The notes beneath the pieces were generated by a model. The model saw nothing but the letters and a program-made list of their open reading frames with translations, had not been told where the DNA came from and ran no database searches. From IMG/VR virus record IMGVR_UViG_3300033067_000583, positions 1-29,230 of that record: DNA of 29,230 nucleotides; one strand, given 5' to 3'. The DNA is from a virus (taxonomy: Duplodnaviria > Caudoviricetes). Position 1 is the first letter of the stretch. Each line of letters begins with the position of its first letter. Made by a program: the position numbers and the translations under genes. Below, in pieces: positions 13,932-23,498 of this stretch.

Positions 13932-15301
13932 GTATAGCAGATTTCAAAAACGCCATTAAAGATAAAGCATATTCAGAGTGGTTCAAGAAATCTGCAAAAA
14001 GTATCTTTATTCAGACCAGTAAAGAGCTGCGTCCAATAGAACAAGTATCTCAGAAAACATCTTTTCTACTTACAGAGCAAGACATTGCCGATATTGGAGC
14101 AAAACTAGCCGGTAGAGGGCTAACCCCGCAGGAGCTTAGTACTATAAAAAGCGATCTGATAGCGTCTGTTAAACGAAAACGAGTAATTGTTAGAAAAGAT
14201 AATTCTCTTTTCTTCCCTGTCATAGATTTTGAGACTGGAATCAGTAACGTACTTAAAAAGGGTTTTGATTCTATACCAAAGACAACTATACTTGATAAAA
14301 AGACAGGCCAAGAACGTGAAGTTCGTATTTCTGATTTCTATCAAAAAGGTCACGTATTCTCAATTGCCACCAATGTGGCAGAGCAAACAAGGCGTAATTT
14401 ATTAGCAAGTAATGCTGCTCAGGAAACAAAAAACGCAATTCTTCCTATATTAGAAGCAGTAATAAGACAGCTACAATCAGACGATTTAGCCTCTAGTAAT
14501 ATTAAGTCCATAGATTTTGATCTTTACGCAAAGTATTCTAAAAACCCATATAAGTATATTGTAGAGATGCAGCCAGAAGAAGTAAACCGGGCGTCCGGCA
14601 CAGCTTCTGCCCCAATCACTAATGCTTTAAGACGATACTTTGATCCAGCTAACTATGTACAGATAGAGAAGTTTTTTAAAACTCGCGCAACTGAAGATAG
14701 TTTTATACAGAAGTTAATTACTTCGCGAGGCTCGCCTTCTTATTTAGAATTACTGGAGTCACACTTAGTAAATACCTTAAAAGGTGAAAATAAAACTCCT
14801 ACTACATATACTTTACCTCGTAGTAAGATAGCTGCAGAAAGTATAAAAGTAGATACTGGTGAGTACAGAAAAGAAATAAAGCTAACAATACAGAAAGTTA
14901 AAAAGTTATCAGCTTCTGTAAAAAAGGCCGCAGAATTAGCAAAAATCTCCGCCCGTAATAGATTAGCCGAAACACTAGATCTAAATAGTTTGCAAAATCT
15001 AATAAATGCACATTTACAAGATGTAGTTAGTGCTAATATGGGTGACGGTAATAGTAGAAACGTACTTAATTATCGTACAGGTCGTTTAGCCAGTAGTGCT
15101 AAAGTAGAAAGAATAAGTGAGTCACGCAGTGGGATGATAACTGCCTTTTACTCATACATGAAAAATCCGTATGCTACCTTCTCTGAAGGTGGTAAACAGC
15201 AAAACCCACGTTCACGTGACCCTAAATTGTTAATAGGTTCTGCAATCCGTGAGATTGCCGCACAAAGGGTTGCTAATAGACTGCGAGCAGTAGCCGTATG
15301 A
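13928..15301 (+). CDS. putative tail completion protein with long N-terminal region
   Basis: C-terminal LNYRTGRLASS..YSYMKNPY..RDPKLLI..IREIA resembles T5-like completion proteins; synteny between connector and terminator. Confidence 0.6.
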   Translation: MSIADFKNAIKDKAYSEWFKKSAKSIFIQTSKELRPIEQVSQKTSFLLTEQDIADIGAKLAGRGLTPQELSTIKSDLIASVKRKRVIVRKDNSLFFPVIDFETGISNVLKKGFDSIPKTTILDKKTGQEREVRISDFYQKGHVFSIATNVAEQTRRNLLASNAAQETKNAILPILEAVIRQLQSDDLASSNIKSIDFDLYAKYSKNPYKYIVEMQPEEVNRASGTASAPITNALRRYFDPANYVQIEKFFKTRATEDSFIQKLITSRGSPSYLELLESHLVNTLKGENKTPTTYTLPRSKIAAESIKVDTGEYRKEIKLTIQKVKKLSASVKKAAELAKISARNRLAETLDLNSLQNLINAHLQDVVSANMGDGNSRNVLNYRTGRLASSAKVERISESRSGMITAFYSYMKNPYATFSEGGKQQNPRSRDPKLLIGSAIREIAAQRVANRLRAVAV

Positions 15302-15738
15302 CAAAAAGAACCTCAATTACAAAAGCCTTAGCAGAAAAATTTAATTTGCTGCTTGACGGGACCGCCCCGTATAAAACCAACTTATATAATAATGCATACC
15401 CTAAACTAAAGTTCTGGGATGAAGTCAACGACTTTCCAAGCGTTTATATGGTTCCTGGTTCGGAAATGCGGGAGTACTTACCCAGCGACTTTACTTGGGG
15501 ATTCTTGAATATATCTGTAAAGGTATACTGCAAAGGTGAAGACTCCCAGCAACAACTAGAAGAATTACTAGAAGACATTGAACGAGCCGTAGATGCAAAT
15601 CGTGTTTTAGTGTACGACCAAGACAATCGCCTTGAGACTACCGAGATACTAATTCAATCAATCACTACTGATGAAGGGCTCTTAGCCCCATACGCAGTTG
15701 GTGAAATAAATTTACAAGTTCGTTACCAACTTGTATAA
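15298..15738 (+). CDS. tail terminator protein
   Basis: FWDEVNDFPSVY..ITTDEGLLAPY; size and position before the tail tube gene. Confidence 0.8.
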   Translation: MTKRTSITKALAEKFNLLLDGTAPYKTNLYNNAYPKLKFWDEVNDFPSVYMVPGSEMREYLPSDFTWGFLNISVKVYCKGEDSQQQLEELLEDIERAVDANRVLVYDQDNRLETTEILIQSITTDEGLLAPYAVGEINLQVRYQLV

Positions 15739-15810
15739 CTTATAACCAAGAACCAAACGCAGATAATTGTCTAGCTACGGTAAAGGTTATCAACATTTAA
15801 GGATAATCCT

Positions 15811-16989
15811 ATGGCATTAAATTTAATTCGTAACAGCAGAGTATTCTTCACAACAAACGTGAACTCTGCTGGTGAAGTCAAGACCACTGGTCTTACAAAA
15901 ACCAACACATTTGAGATTCAAGTTCAAGACGGATTTAGTTTCTCACAAAATACAACTCAAGAAACCATTACACTAAACGAAGGCGGTGCAGCACCTATTC
16001 GTGGTCAGCGTAGTTTTAATACTACACTAGAGCCAGTTGATTGGAGCTTTACTACCTATATTCGCCCTAAGTTTGAAGAAGGTGCACTTGCAAACCCAGA
16101 TAATACAGATGACTATGTTGGTGCTGAAGAAAGCGTACTGTGGAATGCCCTAACAGGTACTGGTGCTATTGGTGCTGTTGGTGCTGGATGGACAGCTACA
16201 CTTGGTACAAACCCAGTTTCAACTGTTGCTTTCGGTAATTCTAACTCCCACCAACTACAAAAATTTGGTTTAATTATTGTTTTTGAAGCAATTGCTTACG
16301 TAATTGACAGTTGCGCTATTGAATCCGCATCTATTGACTTCGGCTTAGATGCTATTGCCTCAATCGCCTGGACTGGTCGCGGTACTGCTATGAGTAGTAA
16401 AGCCATTACAGTTGTTGATGATATTGCAAACGGTGAAGTTGACTTTACTGGTGACGTAACTGGCAGTGCAAAGATCAAAGACACTAACGCCAAGTATATT
16501 GCTAATAAGCTATCTACTATGAGCCTAGCACGTACAACGTTCCAAGGTCAGGGTGCTAAGACTTACACAGTTGCGCTAACTGGTGGTAATTTAACTATTG
16601 CTAACAACCTAACTTACTTAACTCCAGCTAACCTAGGCACAGTTAATAAAGCAGTTACTTACTTTACCGGTACACGCGCAATTACTGCAAATGTAACAGC
16701 ATACCTAAAAACAGGTACAAATGAGAGTTCTACACTGTTAAGCGACCTATTAACAATGAGTGCTAGTGATGACGAAAACCAATTTGCTGTAAGTATTGAA
16801 TTAGGTGGATCTACTAACGCTAACAAAGTAGTACTAGATATGCCGTTTACAATGGTTGGTATTCCTTCCGTTACTAGTGAACAAGTTATCTCTACAAGTA
16901 TCAACTTAATGCCGCAAGCTGGTTCTACAACTGCTTACGACATTACTAATACAAACGAACTAACAGTTAAGTATTACGCAGCTGCTTAA
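15811..16989 (+). CDS. major tail tube protein (T5 pb6-like)
   Basis: N-terminus MALNLIRNSRVFF..DGFSFSQ..RGQRSFNTTLEPVDWSFTTYIRP resembles pb6; codon bias typical of high expression. Confidence 0.88.
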   Translation: MALNLIRNSRVFFTTNVNSAGEVKTTGLTKTNTFEIQVQDGFSFSQNTTQETITLNEGGAAPIRGQRSFNTTLEPVDWSFTTYIRPKFEEGALANPDNTDDYVGAEESVLWNALTGTGAIGAVGAGWTATLGTNPVSTVAFGNSNSHQLQKFGLIIVFEAIAYVIDSCAIESASIDFGLDAIASIAWTGRGTAMSSKAITVVDDIANGEVDFTGDVTGSAKIKDTNAKYIANKLSTMSLARTTFQGQGAKTYTVALTGGNLTIANNLTYLTPANLGTVNKAVTYFTGTRAITANVTAYLKTGTNESSTLLSDLLTMSASDDENQFAVSIELGGSTNANKVVLDMPFTMVGIPSVTSEQVISTSINLMPQAGSTTAYDITNTNELTVKYYAAA

Positions 16990-17007
16990 TTAAGGCTGCA
17001 TTTTCAT

Positions 17008-17039
17008 AGAGACTGGGTTGATCTCCAGTCTCTCTTTTT
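17008..17039 (+). terminator. intrinsic terminator after the tail tube gene
   Basis: AGAGACTGG-loop-CCAGTCTCT-CTTTTT. Confidence 0.75.
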
Positions 17040-17057
17040 CAATTATAATAGAATAAC

Positions 17058-17477
17058 ATGACAATTTCCCTAAAAACCCTCCTAGTGCCTTCTAAGTCTG
17101 TTGAAGTCGAATATCCCGGTATGCCAGGATTCGTTATCAATTTGGCGTTTTTAAGCCGCGAAACTCTGCTGAATATTCGCAAAAAGTCTACAAAGACTAG
17201 CTTCAAAAACCGTCAGGCTTCTGAAGAATTTAACGAAGACCTATTCTTACAGCTTTATGTAGAAAACGCCGTAAAAGGCTGGAAAGGGCTAAAACTAAGT
17301 TACCTAGAGCAACTAGCTCCAGTTGACTTAAGTGGACAGTCCGACCTAGATGCAGAGCTTGAGTACACTGCTGAAAACGCGCTATATTTAATGAAGAATT
17401 CTAGCAACTTTGACGCATTTATTAGTGAACAGGTTACAGACCTGGGAAACTTTTCAACGACCAGCTCCAGCAAGTAA
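17058..17477 (+). CDS. tail assembly chaperone (gpG-like)
   Basis: Position between tube and tape measure; VKGWKGL motif; slippery site near the 3' end. Confidence 0.85.
   Translation: MTISLKTLLVPSKSVEVEYPGMPGFVINLAFLSRETLLNIRKKSTKTSFKNRQASEEFNEDLFLQLYVENAVKGWKGLKLSYLEQLAPVDLSGQSDLDAELEYTAENALYLMKNSSNFDAFISEQVTDLGNFSTTSSSK
17444..17450 (+). other. programmed -1 ribosomal frameshift site G GGA AAC
   Basis: XXXYYYZ heptamer in the correct phase; the -1 frame is open from 17444 into ORF 17519..17836. Confidence 0.85.
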
Positions 17478-17518
17478 ATCAACAGCTGGTCAGCTATATC
17501 CAAAACAGCTCCCTTAAC

Positions 17519-17836
17519 ATGACAAAAGAAGCATATTTTGAAATGTGCGAAATGTTGGGATCGGAGCCTGTTGAGTCAGAAATACCTGTTGAGTTTGATG
17601 ATTTTCCACTAGAAATGCAGCAAGCGTTTGCTGTTTACAGAATGTTGCGAGATGAATGGGATACCATGAACGGCAACTATTTGGGAAAGTCACTTATAGG
17701 TATAAAAGACTTGTTGGAAGCAACAGAAATTGATCCACAAGATCAAAAGTTTGTTGTTATGTTAGTACGTATGATTGACCAAGTCAGATCTGATGAAATC
17801 AATAATAAGTTAAAGACTACTAAACCCGCTGAATAA
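17519..17836 (+). CDS. tail assembly chaperone C-terminal extension (gpT-like, probably expressed as a G-T fusion)
   Basis: In the -1 frame relative to 17058..17477; no evident RBS before ATG 17519. Confidence 0.8.
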   Translation: MTKEAYFEMCEMLGSEPVESEIPVEFDDFPLEMQQAFAVYRMLRDEWDTMNGNYLGKSLIGIKDLLEATEIDPQDQKFVVMLVRMIDQVRSDEINNKLKTTKPAE

Positions 17837-17854
17837 AAATCAGCGGGTTTTTTT
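17822..17854 (+). terminator. intrinsic terminator
   Basis: AAACCCGCTGA-ataaaaa-TCAGCGGGTTT-TTTT. Confidence 0.85.
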
Positions 17855-17873
17855 ATGTTCAAAATTTTTTGGT

Positions 17874-17902
17874 TTGACATTTCCTGGCTTAAGTGATATA
17901 AT
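17874..17902 (+). promoter_or_regulatory. consensus sigma70 promoter for the tape measure/tail tip operon
   Basis: TTGACA-17-TATAAT with extended -10 TG. Confidence 0.85.
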
Positions 17903-17958
17903 GGTCTCTAGTTAAACTTAACAAAAAATTTTAGCCACCAATCCAACAAGGAGTACAG

Positions 17959-20900
17959 ATGGCAAGTCAAGTAAGAATCGACCTAAGCGTCGAAGATACA
18001 CGTGGTACGCTGGCCAAGCGTACCGCAGAAACAAAGGCTCTTAACAAAGAGCTAGAAACAACACAAAAACTATCAACAGGTACCCGTACTGGTAGCCGCG
18101 CAGTAGCTGCAAGCTATAGTGCAGCCAGTGAAAGTACTGCATATGGCCAAGCTCGTGGAAGTATGGGTAATACCGGCGCTAGCGGTCGTGATTTTGCTAA
18201 TCAAGCACAAGGTCTTGGTGGCTTAGTTCGCCTATACGCTACTTATGCTGCTAATTTATTCGCAGTAAGTGCAGCTTTTGCCTCTCTTCGCGAAGCAATG
18301 AATACTTCCATGATGATCAAAGGTCTTGATCAATTGGGAGCAGCTAGCGGAGTAGCTATGGGTGGCCTAGCAAAACAATTTGCAGCCGCTAGTGATGGTG
18401 CAATTAGTCTACGCGAGGCTATGGAAGCTACCGCAAAAGCTACTACTAGTGGACTGAGCACTAAACAGTTCATGGAATTAGGTCAGGTAGCTAAGGGTGC
18501 TAGCCAAGCGCTCGGTGTAAACATGAGTGATGCCGTTAGTCGTTTAACTCGTGGTATTACTAAGCTAGAACCAGAACTATTAGACGAATTGGGTATTTTC
18601 ACAAAAGTAGGAAAAGCTACCGAAGACTATGCCCGCAAAGTAGGTAAGAGTGTAGATAGTTTGACCGACTTTGAAAAGCGTCAAGCTTTTGCAAATGCAG
18701 TATTAGCAGAAGGTAAGCAAAAATTCAGCGAGATAGCTCAAGAAAGCAATCCTTATGACAAGTTGCTAGCTAGTTTAAAGAACGTTGCTCAAGGCATATT
18801 AGAAAGTATCAATACTGTAATTGGCCCTATAGCTAAACTATTTGCTGATAGCACAGCACTAATTGGAGTAGCTATAGCTGCAGCCGCAGTAAAGATTACA
18901 CAACAAGCACTACCAGCCCTAACTAGTTGGAGAAACGGTATGAAACTAGCGGCCGAAGATGCTGCTAAGCGCGCCCAAGAAATTAATACAAGTTTCGGAG
19001 AAGCTTTTGTTGAGCGTGCACAACAACGTGCACGAGTACCTCAAATTCAACAAGCTCTTCAAGCTGCTGAAGAAGAATTTAAGCAGGCAAAACGTCAGTT
19101 TGTTGAATTAGATAATATATACAAAAGACCTAATGAGACTCTAAGAGCTCTACAAAAAGATAGACTACTAACTGAAAAAGAATTATCCGCTATAAAATCT
19201 GATGTAACCAAAAAGACTAACGAAAATACTACTGCAAGCTTAAACCATGCCAATAGTTTGGTTAAAGTACAGATGGCACAGCAAAAAATACTAGATCTTA
19301 CAAAGGATCTATCTGCTGCTAATGATATTGTAGAAGCTCAGGCAAGTAAAAGATCTAGACGTGGTAGCGAAGAATGGCAACGTGAACAAATAGTTATAGA
19401 CTCTAGAGCAAAAGCTGCTAAGTTAGGTCTATTAAGTAGCGTTGGTGAGCGCGTAGAGCAACAAGGTTTACGTGGTGGATTGGGTGGATTCTATTCAGAA
19501 ACACTAGCAAGCAAAGACCTTGGCAGAATAGATAAGTTTAAAACAGTAGTAACAGGTACTTTTGCAGGTATAGGTACTGCTGCCGGTATTTTAGGAAAGT
19601 CATTAATGGGTGCATTTATGTACCTGGAAATTGCATTAGTTGTATTTGGTGCACTAAACAGCATGTTTTCTAAAAATGGTGCCGCAGTAGATACATTTAA
19701 AAGCTCTATGGATGGGCTAAGTGAAGCTACAAAGACGGCTACGAACGTTACTGAGAAATTTGGTAATACACTTACTACCGAAAGCATAAATGCAAAGGCG
19801 AACGCCTTTACTAACTTAACTGATAGTATCAGTCAGGTATCTAAAAGCCTAGGAACAGCAGATGCTCTTGCTAGTGGCTGGGATAAGTTTTTAGACGGAT
19901 TTAAGACAGTAATAGGTAGCGACTTAAGGTCTACATTTTCTAAAGGGTTTGTTGAATCTATAGCGTCAGCTATAGAGCTGGCCCCAGAAGGTGAAATAAA
20001 GCAAAATCTTGAAGCTAAACTAAAGGGGCTGCTAGGTACCAAGAGTTTGGGTATTGAAGGCATTGCTAATGCAGTATCGAAAATCCCTTCCAAAGATTTA
20101 GTACAGGCTGCCAAAAATGTAAATGATATATTACAAGAAAGCGGAAAAATACTTAAGAATAGTCAGGCATTAACCCAGGATGTGAAAGAAACTGGAAAAG
20201 CTGCTGAAACGGCCTTCTTAAGTTTTTCTACTAGCGTATTTGGTAGTTCCCCTCTACAGACATTTTTAATTGCCACAACAAAAAATGTATATAGCCTTAA
20301 AAATGCCTTCAAAGATTCTACAGCTTCGGCCGCAGAATTTAAGAATATAGTTACAGGTACTACTAAGTTAGAATTACTACCTGCAGAACAAGCATTTCAG
20401 TTAAAATCTTTAGCCGATAACTATACTAGCATGCAGTATGGTTTAAAAGCTCAAATTAGCGATCTTGATAAAACTAGAGATCGTATTAATGAGATTACTC
20501 AAAGACTTAAAACACCAGGACTATTCACTAGAGACTCCTCAGCTTTAGTTGCAGAAAGAGCTGCTTTACAACAACAACTGCCACAACTACAACTAGACGT
20601 TCGCCAAACTGAATCTAGTTTAAAGCAAATAGCTAAAGAGGCCGGTGAAGTGCTCGGCCAAGCAGCCGAAAAACAAGTAGAACAAGTATTTGCACAAACA
20701 AAAATACGTTTAGCCCAATTAGATATTGGATATAAGCAACAAGTTATGCAAGGACTACCTGTAAAAACAGAGGCCGGAATAGCAGAAACTACTAAACTTG
20801 CAAAAGATGCTATAAATGCTGAGTTTGCACTAAAACAAAGTAATGAAACTTTAATTAACTCCATAGATTTATTACGTATTCAGATGGAATTAAGGAGTGC

Positions 20901-22602
20901 GCAAGAAAAAGTAGCTTTTGCTCGTGCAGAGTCTAATCCAAATATACGTGGAGCCTTATTAGCGGAAGCTACTACTGAAGAAAAGCGTATTGCTGATAAA
21001 TTAACTGCGTTAAAATCAGGTAATATTGGAGAGTTGCAGAAGTACGTCAAAGAAGATCCAGCAGCTTTAAAAGCCATAATGAATCTTGAAAATAATCGTA
21101 TTGCTAACCAAGAAAGACTAAATAAGTTAAAATTAGTTAGTATGACCGGTGAGTTAGATTTATTGGCCCTGCGTGCTGATAAAGAAAAAGAAAGTCTACA
21201 GAACGAAATCACTAGATTAAATAATGAACAAACATTATTTGATTTAAGAAAAGATGGTACTAGCGAAGCAGAAAAAGCCCAGCGAGCAGCTCAAACTGCG
21301 TCAGAGATAGCTATTAAAAACGCAAGATTAGCACAAATACCTTTACAGTTAGCTGCTGAACAAACTACTGTTCGTAGTAAGTATGGACTAGCAGGTGCCG
21401 TAGGTATGCAAACTCAGGAAAGATTGGCCGGACAGATGGGTCAAGCTGGGGCGGCTACCGGAGCCTCGGGCACTATATCTGGGCTTACCGCAAACACGAA
21501 AGCACAGGTAGCTGCATACAAAGAGTTAGCAGATGCGGCAAGTAAGACCTATGAACTAGAATCTTTAGCTTTAACAGATAATCTTGATACTCAGAAACAA
21601 AGTATTGCCGCCGAACGTGAGAAGCTTAGCCTGGCAGCAAGTACCGGTGCATTGACCGAGCAACAAATAGCTACAAGAACACGAATTCTTGCAGTACAGG
21701 ATGCAGAAGTAGAAAGATCTCAGAAACTTTTAGAGATAGAGAAGAGTCGTACTGCTGAGTTAATTTCTTGGACTGCCAAATTTGTAGAATTTGGTGCAAC
21801 GCCAGAAGTTTTACGTGAAAGGGACGCTATACTTGCACGCAATGCTGCAGCAACATCCGCCGCAGAACGCGACTATCAAAGTAAGCTACGTACAGCGGAT
21901 ATTACAGAAACTCTGGCATCTAAGCAAGTTAAGTACGAGCAGGTATTTAAAAATTCTTTTGATAACATGGCCGATGCCATACTAGAGTTCGCAAAAACCG
22001 GTAAGTTTAGTTTCAGTGATCTAGCTAACTCTATGATTACAGAAATTGCCCGTATTGAGCTAAGAGCACAAACTTCCAGTGTTTGGTCAGCCCTACGACC
22101 AGCTATATCTAATCTTATTACTGGATATACTCCTGGTGGTAGTGCAGCATCTAATATGCCTGATAATATAGATATTGGCGGTGGCTGGAGCCCTGCTGCT
22201 ACGCAAGCCAAGGGTGGTGCTTGGGATTATGGAGTTCAAGCCTTTGCTAAAGGTGGCACATTTACAAACTCTATAGTGAACTCACCTACACTATTTAAGT
22301 TTGCAAAAGGTACTGGTCTAATGGGCGAAGCGGGTCCAGAAGCTATTATGCCTCTAGCTCGCGACAGCCAAGGTAACTTGGGCGTTCGCGGAGGGGGTTC
22401 TGGTGGTAATACAGAAGTTGTTATTAATAACTACTCTACTGCACAAGCTGAAACCAAGGAAAGTACTGATTCTCGCGGAAATCGTAAGATCGAAGTTACT
22501 ATTGGTGATATGACTGCCGGAGAAATTTCTCGCAGTGGCAGTGCTAGCCAAAAAGCTGTAGGCGGTACTTTTGGACTAAGACCGCAACTAATTAGGAGAT
22601 AA
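17959..22602 (+). CDS. tape measure protein
   Basis: 1547 aa, helical and Ala/Lys/Gln-rich, with hydrophobic segments; C-terminal FAKGG..MGEAGPEAIMPL; AAGGAG RBS. Confidence 0.95.
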   Translation: MASQVRIDLSVEDTRGTLAKRTAETKALNKELETTQKLSTGTRTGSRAVAASYSAASESTAYGQARGSMGNTGASGRDFANQAQGLGGLVRLYATYAANLFAVSAAFASLREAMNTSMMIKGLDQLGAASGVAMGGLAKQFAAASDGAISLREAMEATAKATTSGLSTKQFMELGQVAKGASQALGVNMSDAVSRLTRGITKLEPELLDELGIFTKVGKATEDYARKVGKSVDSLTDFEKRQAFANAVLAEGKQKFSEIAQESNPYDKLLASLKNVAQGILESINTVIGPIAKLFADSTALIGVAIAAAAVKITQQALPALTSWRNGMKLAAEDAAKRAQEINTSFGEAFVERAQQRARVPQIQQALQAAEEEFKQAKRQFVELDNIYKRPNETLRALQKDRLLTEKELSAIKSDVTKKTNENTTASLNHANSLVKVQMAQQKILDLTKDLSAANDIVEAQASKRSRRGSEEWQREQIVIDSRAKAAKLGLLSSVGERVEQQGLRGGLGGFYSETLASKDLGRIDKFKTVVTGTFAGIGTAAGILGKSLMGAFMYLEIALVVFGALNSMFSKNGAAVDTFKSSMDGLSEATKTATNVTEKFGNTLTTESINAKANAFTNLTDSISQVSKSLGTADALASGWDKFLDGFKTVIGSDLRSTFSKGFVESIASAIELAPEGEIKQNLEAKLKGLLGTKSLGIEGIANAVSKIPSKDLVQAAKNVNDILQESGKILKNSQALTQDVKETGKAAETAFLSFSTSVFGSSPLQTFLIATTKNVYSLKNAFKDSTASAAEFKNIVTGTTKLELLPAEQAFQLKSLADNYTSMQYGLKAQISDLDKTRDRINEITQRLKTPGLFTRDSSALVAERAALQQQLPQLQLDVRQTESSLKQIAKEAGEVLGQAAEKQVEQVFAQTKIRLAQLDIGYKQQVMQGLPVKTEAGIAETTKLAKDAINAEFALKQSNETLINSIDLLRIQMELRSAQEKVAFARAESNPNIRGALLAEATTEEKRIADKLTALKSGNIGELQKYVKEDPAALKAIMNLENNRIANQERLNKLKLVSMTGELDLLALRADKEKESLQNEITRLNNEQTLFDLRKDGTSEAEKAQRAAQTASEIAIKNARLAQIPLQLAAEQTTVRSKYGLAGAVGMQTQERLAGQMGQAGAATGASGTISGLTANTKAQVAAYKELADAASKTYELESLALTDNLDTQKQSIAAEREKLSLAASTGALTEQQIATRTRILAVQDAEVERSQKLLEIEKSRTAELISWTAKFVEFGATPEVLRERDAILARNAAATSAAERDYQSKLRTADITETLASKQVKYEQVFKNSFDNMADAILEFAKTGKFSFSDLANSMITEIARIELRAQTSSVWSALRPAISNLITGYTPGGSAASNMPDNIDIGGGWSPAATQAKGGAWDYGVQAFAKGGTFTNSIVNSPTLFKFAKGTGLMGEAGPEAIMPLARDSQGNLGVRGGGSGGNTEVVINNYSTAQAETKESTDSRGNRKIEVTIGDMTAGEISRSGSASQKAVGGTFGLRPQLIRR

Positions 22603-22605
22603 AAT

Positions 22606-22971
22606 ATGGCCTATGCTTATATATGGCCAGCATCCTTACCACAGTCTCCGCAAAAAGGTTTTGCGGAGACTGGTGGAGTTCTTATGTTAAGAACTCCTAT
22701 GGATGCTGGACCGGCGAAGCAACGACGTAGAGGACAAAAGCCTCAAGGGTTGCAAGTATCGTTTATAATGACCACAGAGCAGACCGAAATATTGCAAGAA
22801 TTTATAGAAGATACTCTTAAAGGTACTGCGCGATTCGGATTTACCCATCCTAGGCTGGGTACCACAGTTGAAACCAGAATAGTGCCTCAAGGAGATGGGG
22901 AACTATACACATTTACTTATATAGCTCCAGGATACTGGAATGCTAGCCTTAGACTAGAAATATTGCCATGA
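22606..22971 (+). CDS. distal tail protein (Dit-like)
   Basis: WPASLP..RTPMDAGPAKQRRR..F..TLKGTARFGFTHP; directly after the tape measure gene. Confidence 0.75.
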   Translation: MAYAYIWPASLPQSPQKGFAETGGVLMLRTPMDAGPAKQRRRGQKPQGLQVSFIMTTEQTEILQEFIEDTLKGTARFGFTHPRLGTTVETRIVPQGDGELYTFTYIAPGYWNASLRLEILP

Positions 22972-23489
22972 GCCGTTTAACGTCAATGTCGCCCGGCGCG
23001 CTAAAAGCCGTATTTTCACCTGATTCAGATGATGATTTAATTACATTATTAACGGTATATAATCCGCTAAATGAATCTGAAGTTATCGCACGATTGGCGG
23101 ATGGCTACACTAAACGTATTTCAGAAACTGATAGTGAGGTAATATACGGTGTAACTAGTAATAGTTTGGATTACACATTCATACCTATGCAAGTATCCTT
23201 GCCATCAGAAGATGAGGCTCAGGCACCTAGGTGCTCTTTGGTAATGTATGATGTAACACGGTATCTTACACCGATTATAAGAACAATTACAGCTCCACCG
23301 CGTATCAAGCTAGAGTTAGTACTATCAAAAACTCCTGATATTGTGGAAGTATCATTCTCTGACTTTTACATAAATAATTTTAGTTATAACTCTGATTCAG
23401 TTACAGCTGATTTAGCTATGATTGATTATGAGCGCGAACCTTTCCCAATGCACTCTTTTACCCCCAGGTATTTTCCTGGAATGTTTTAA
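22968..23489 (+). CDS. tail tip/hub-associated protein (DUF1833/gpL-like position)
   Basis: YTFIPMQVSLP..LVLSKTPDIVE..EPFP..FTPRYFPGMF; synteny. Confidence 0.7.
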   Translation: MSRLTSMSPGALKAVFSPDSDDDLITLLTVYNPLNESEVIARLADGYTKRISETDSEVIYGVTSNSLDYTFIPMQVSLPSEDEAQAPRCSLVMYDVTRYLTPIIRTITAPPRIKLELVLSKTPDIVEVSFSDFYINNFSYNSDSVTADLAMIDYEREPFPMHSFTPRYFPGMF

Positions 23490-23498
23490 AGGAATATT

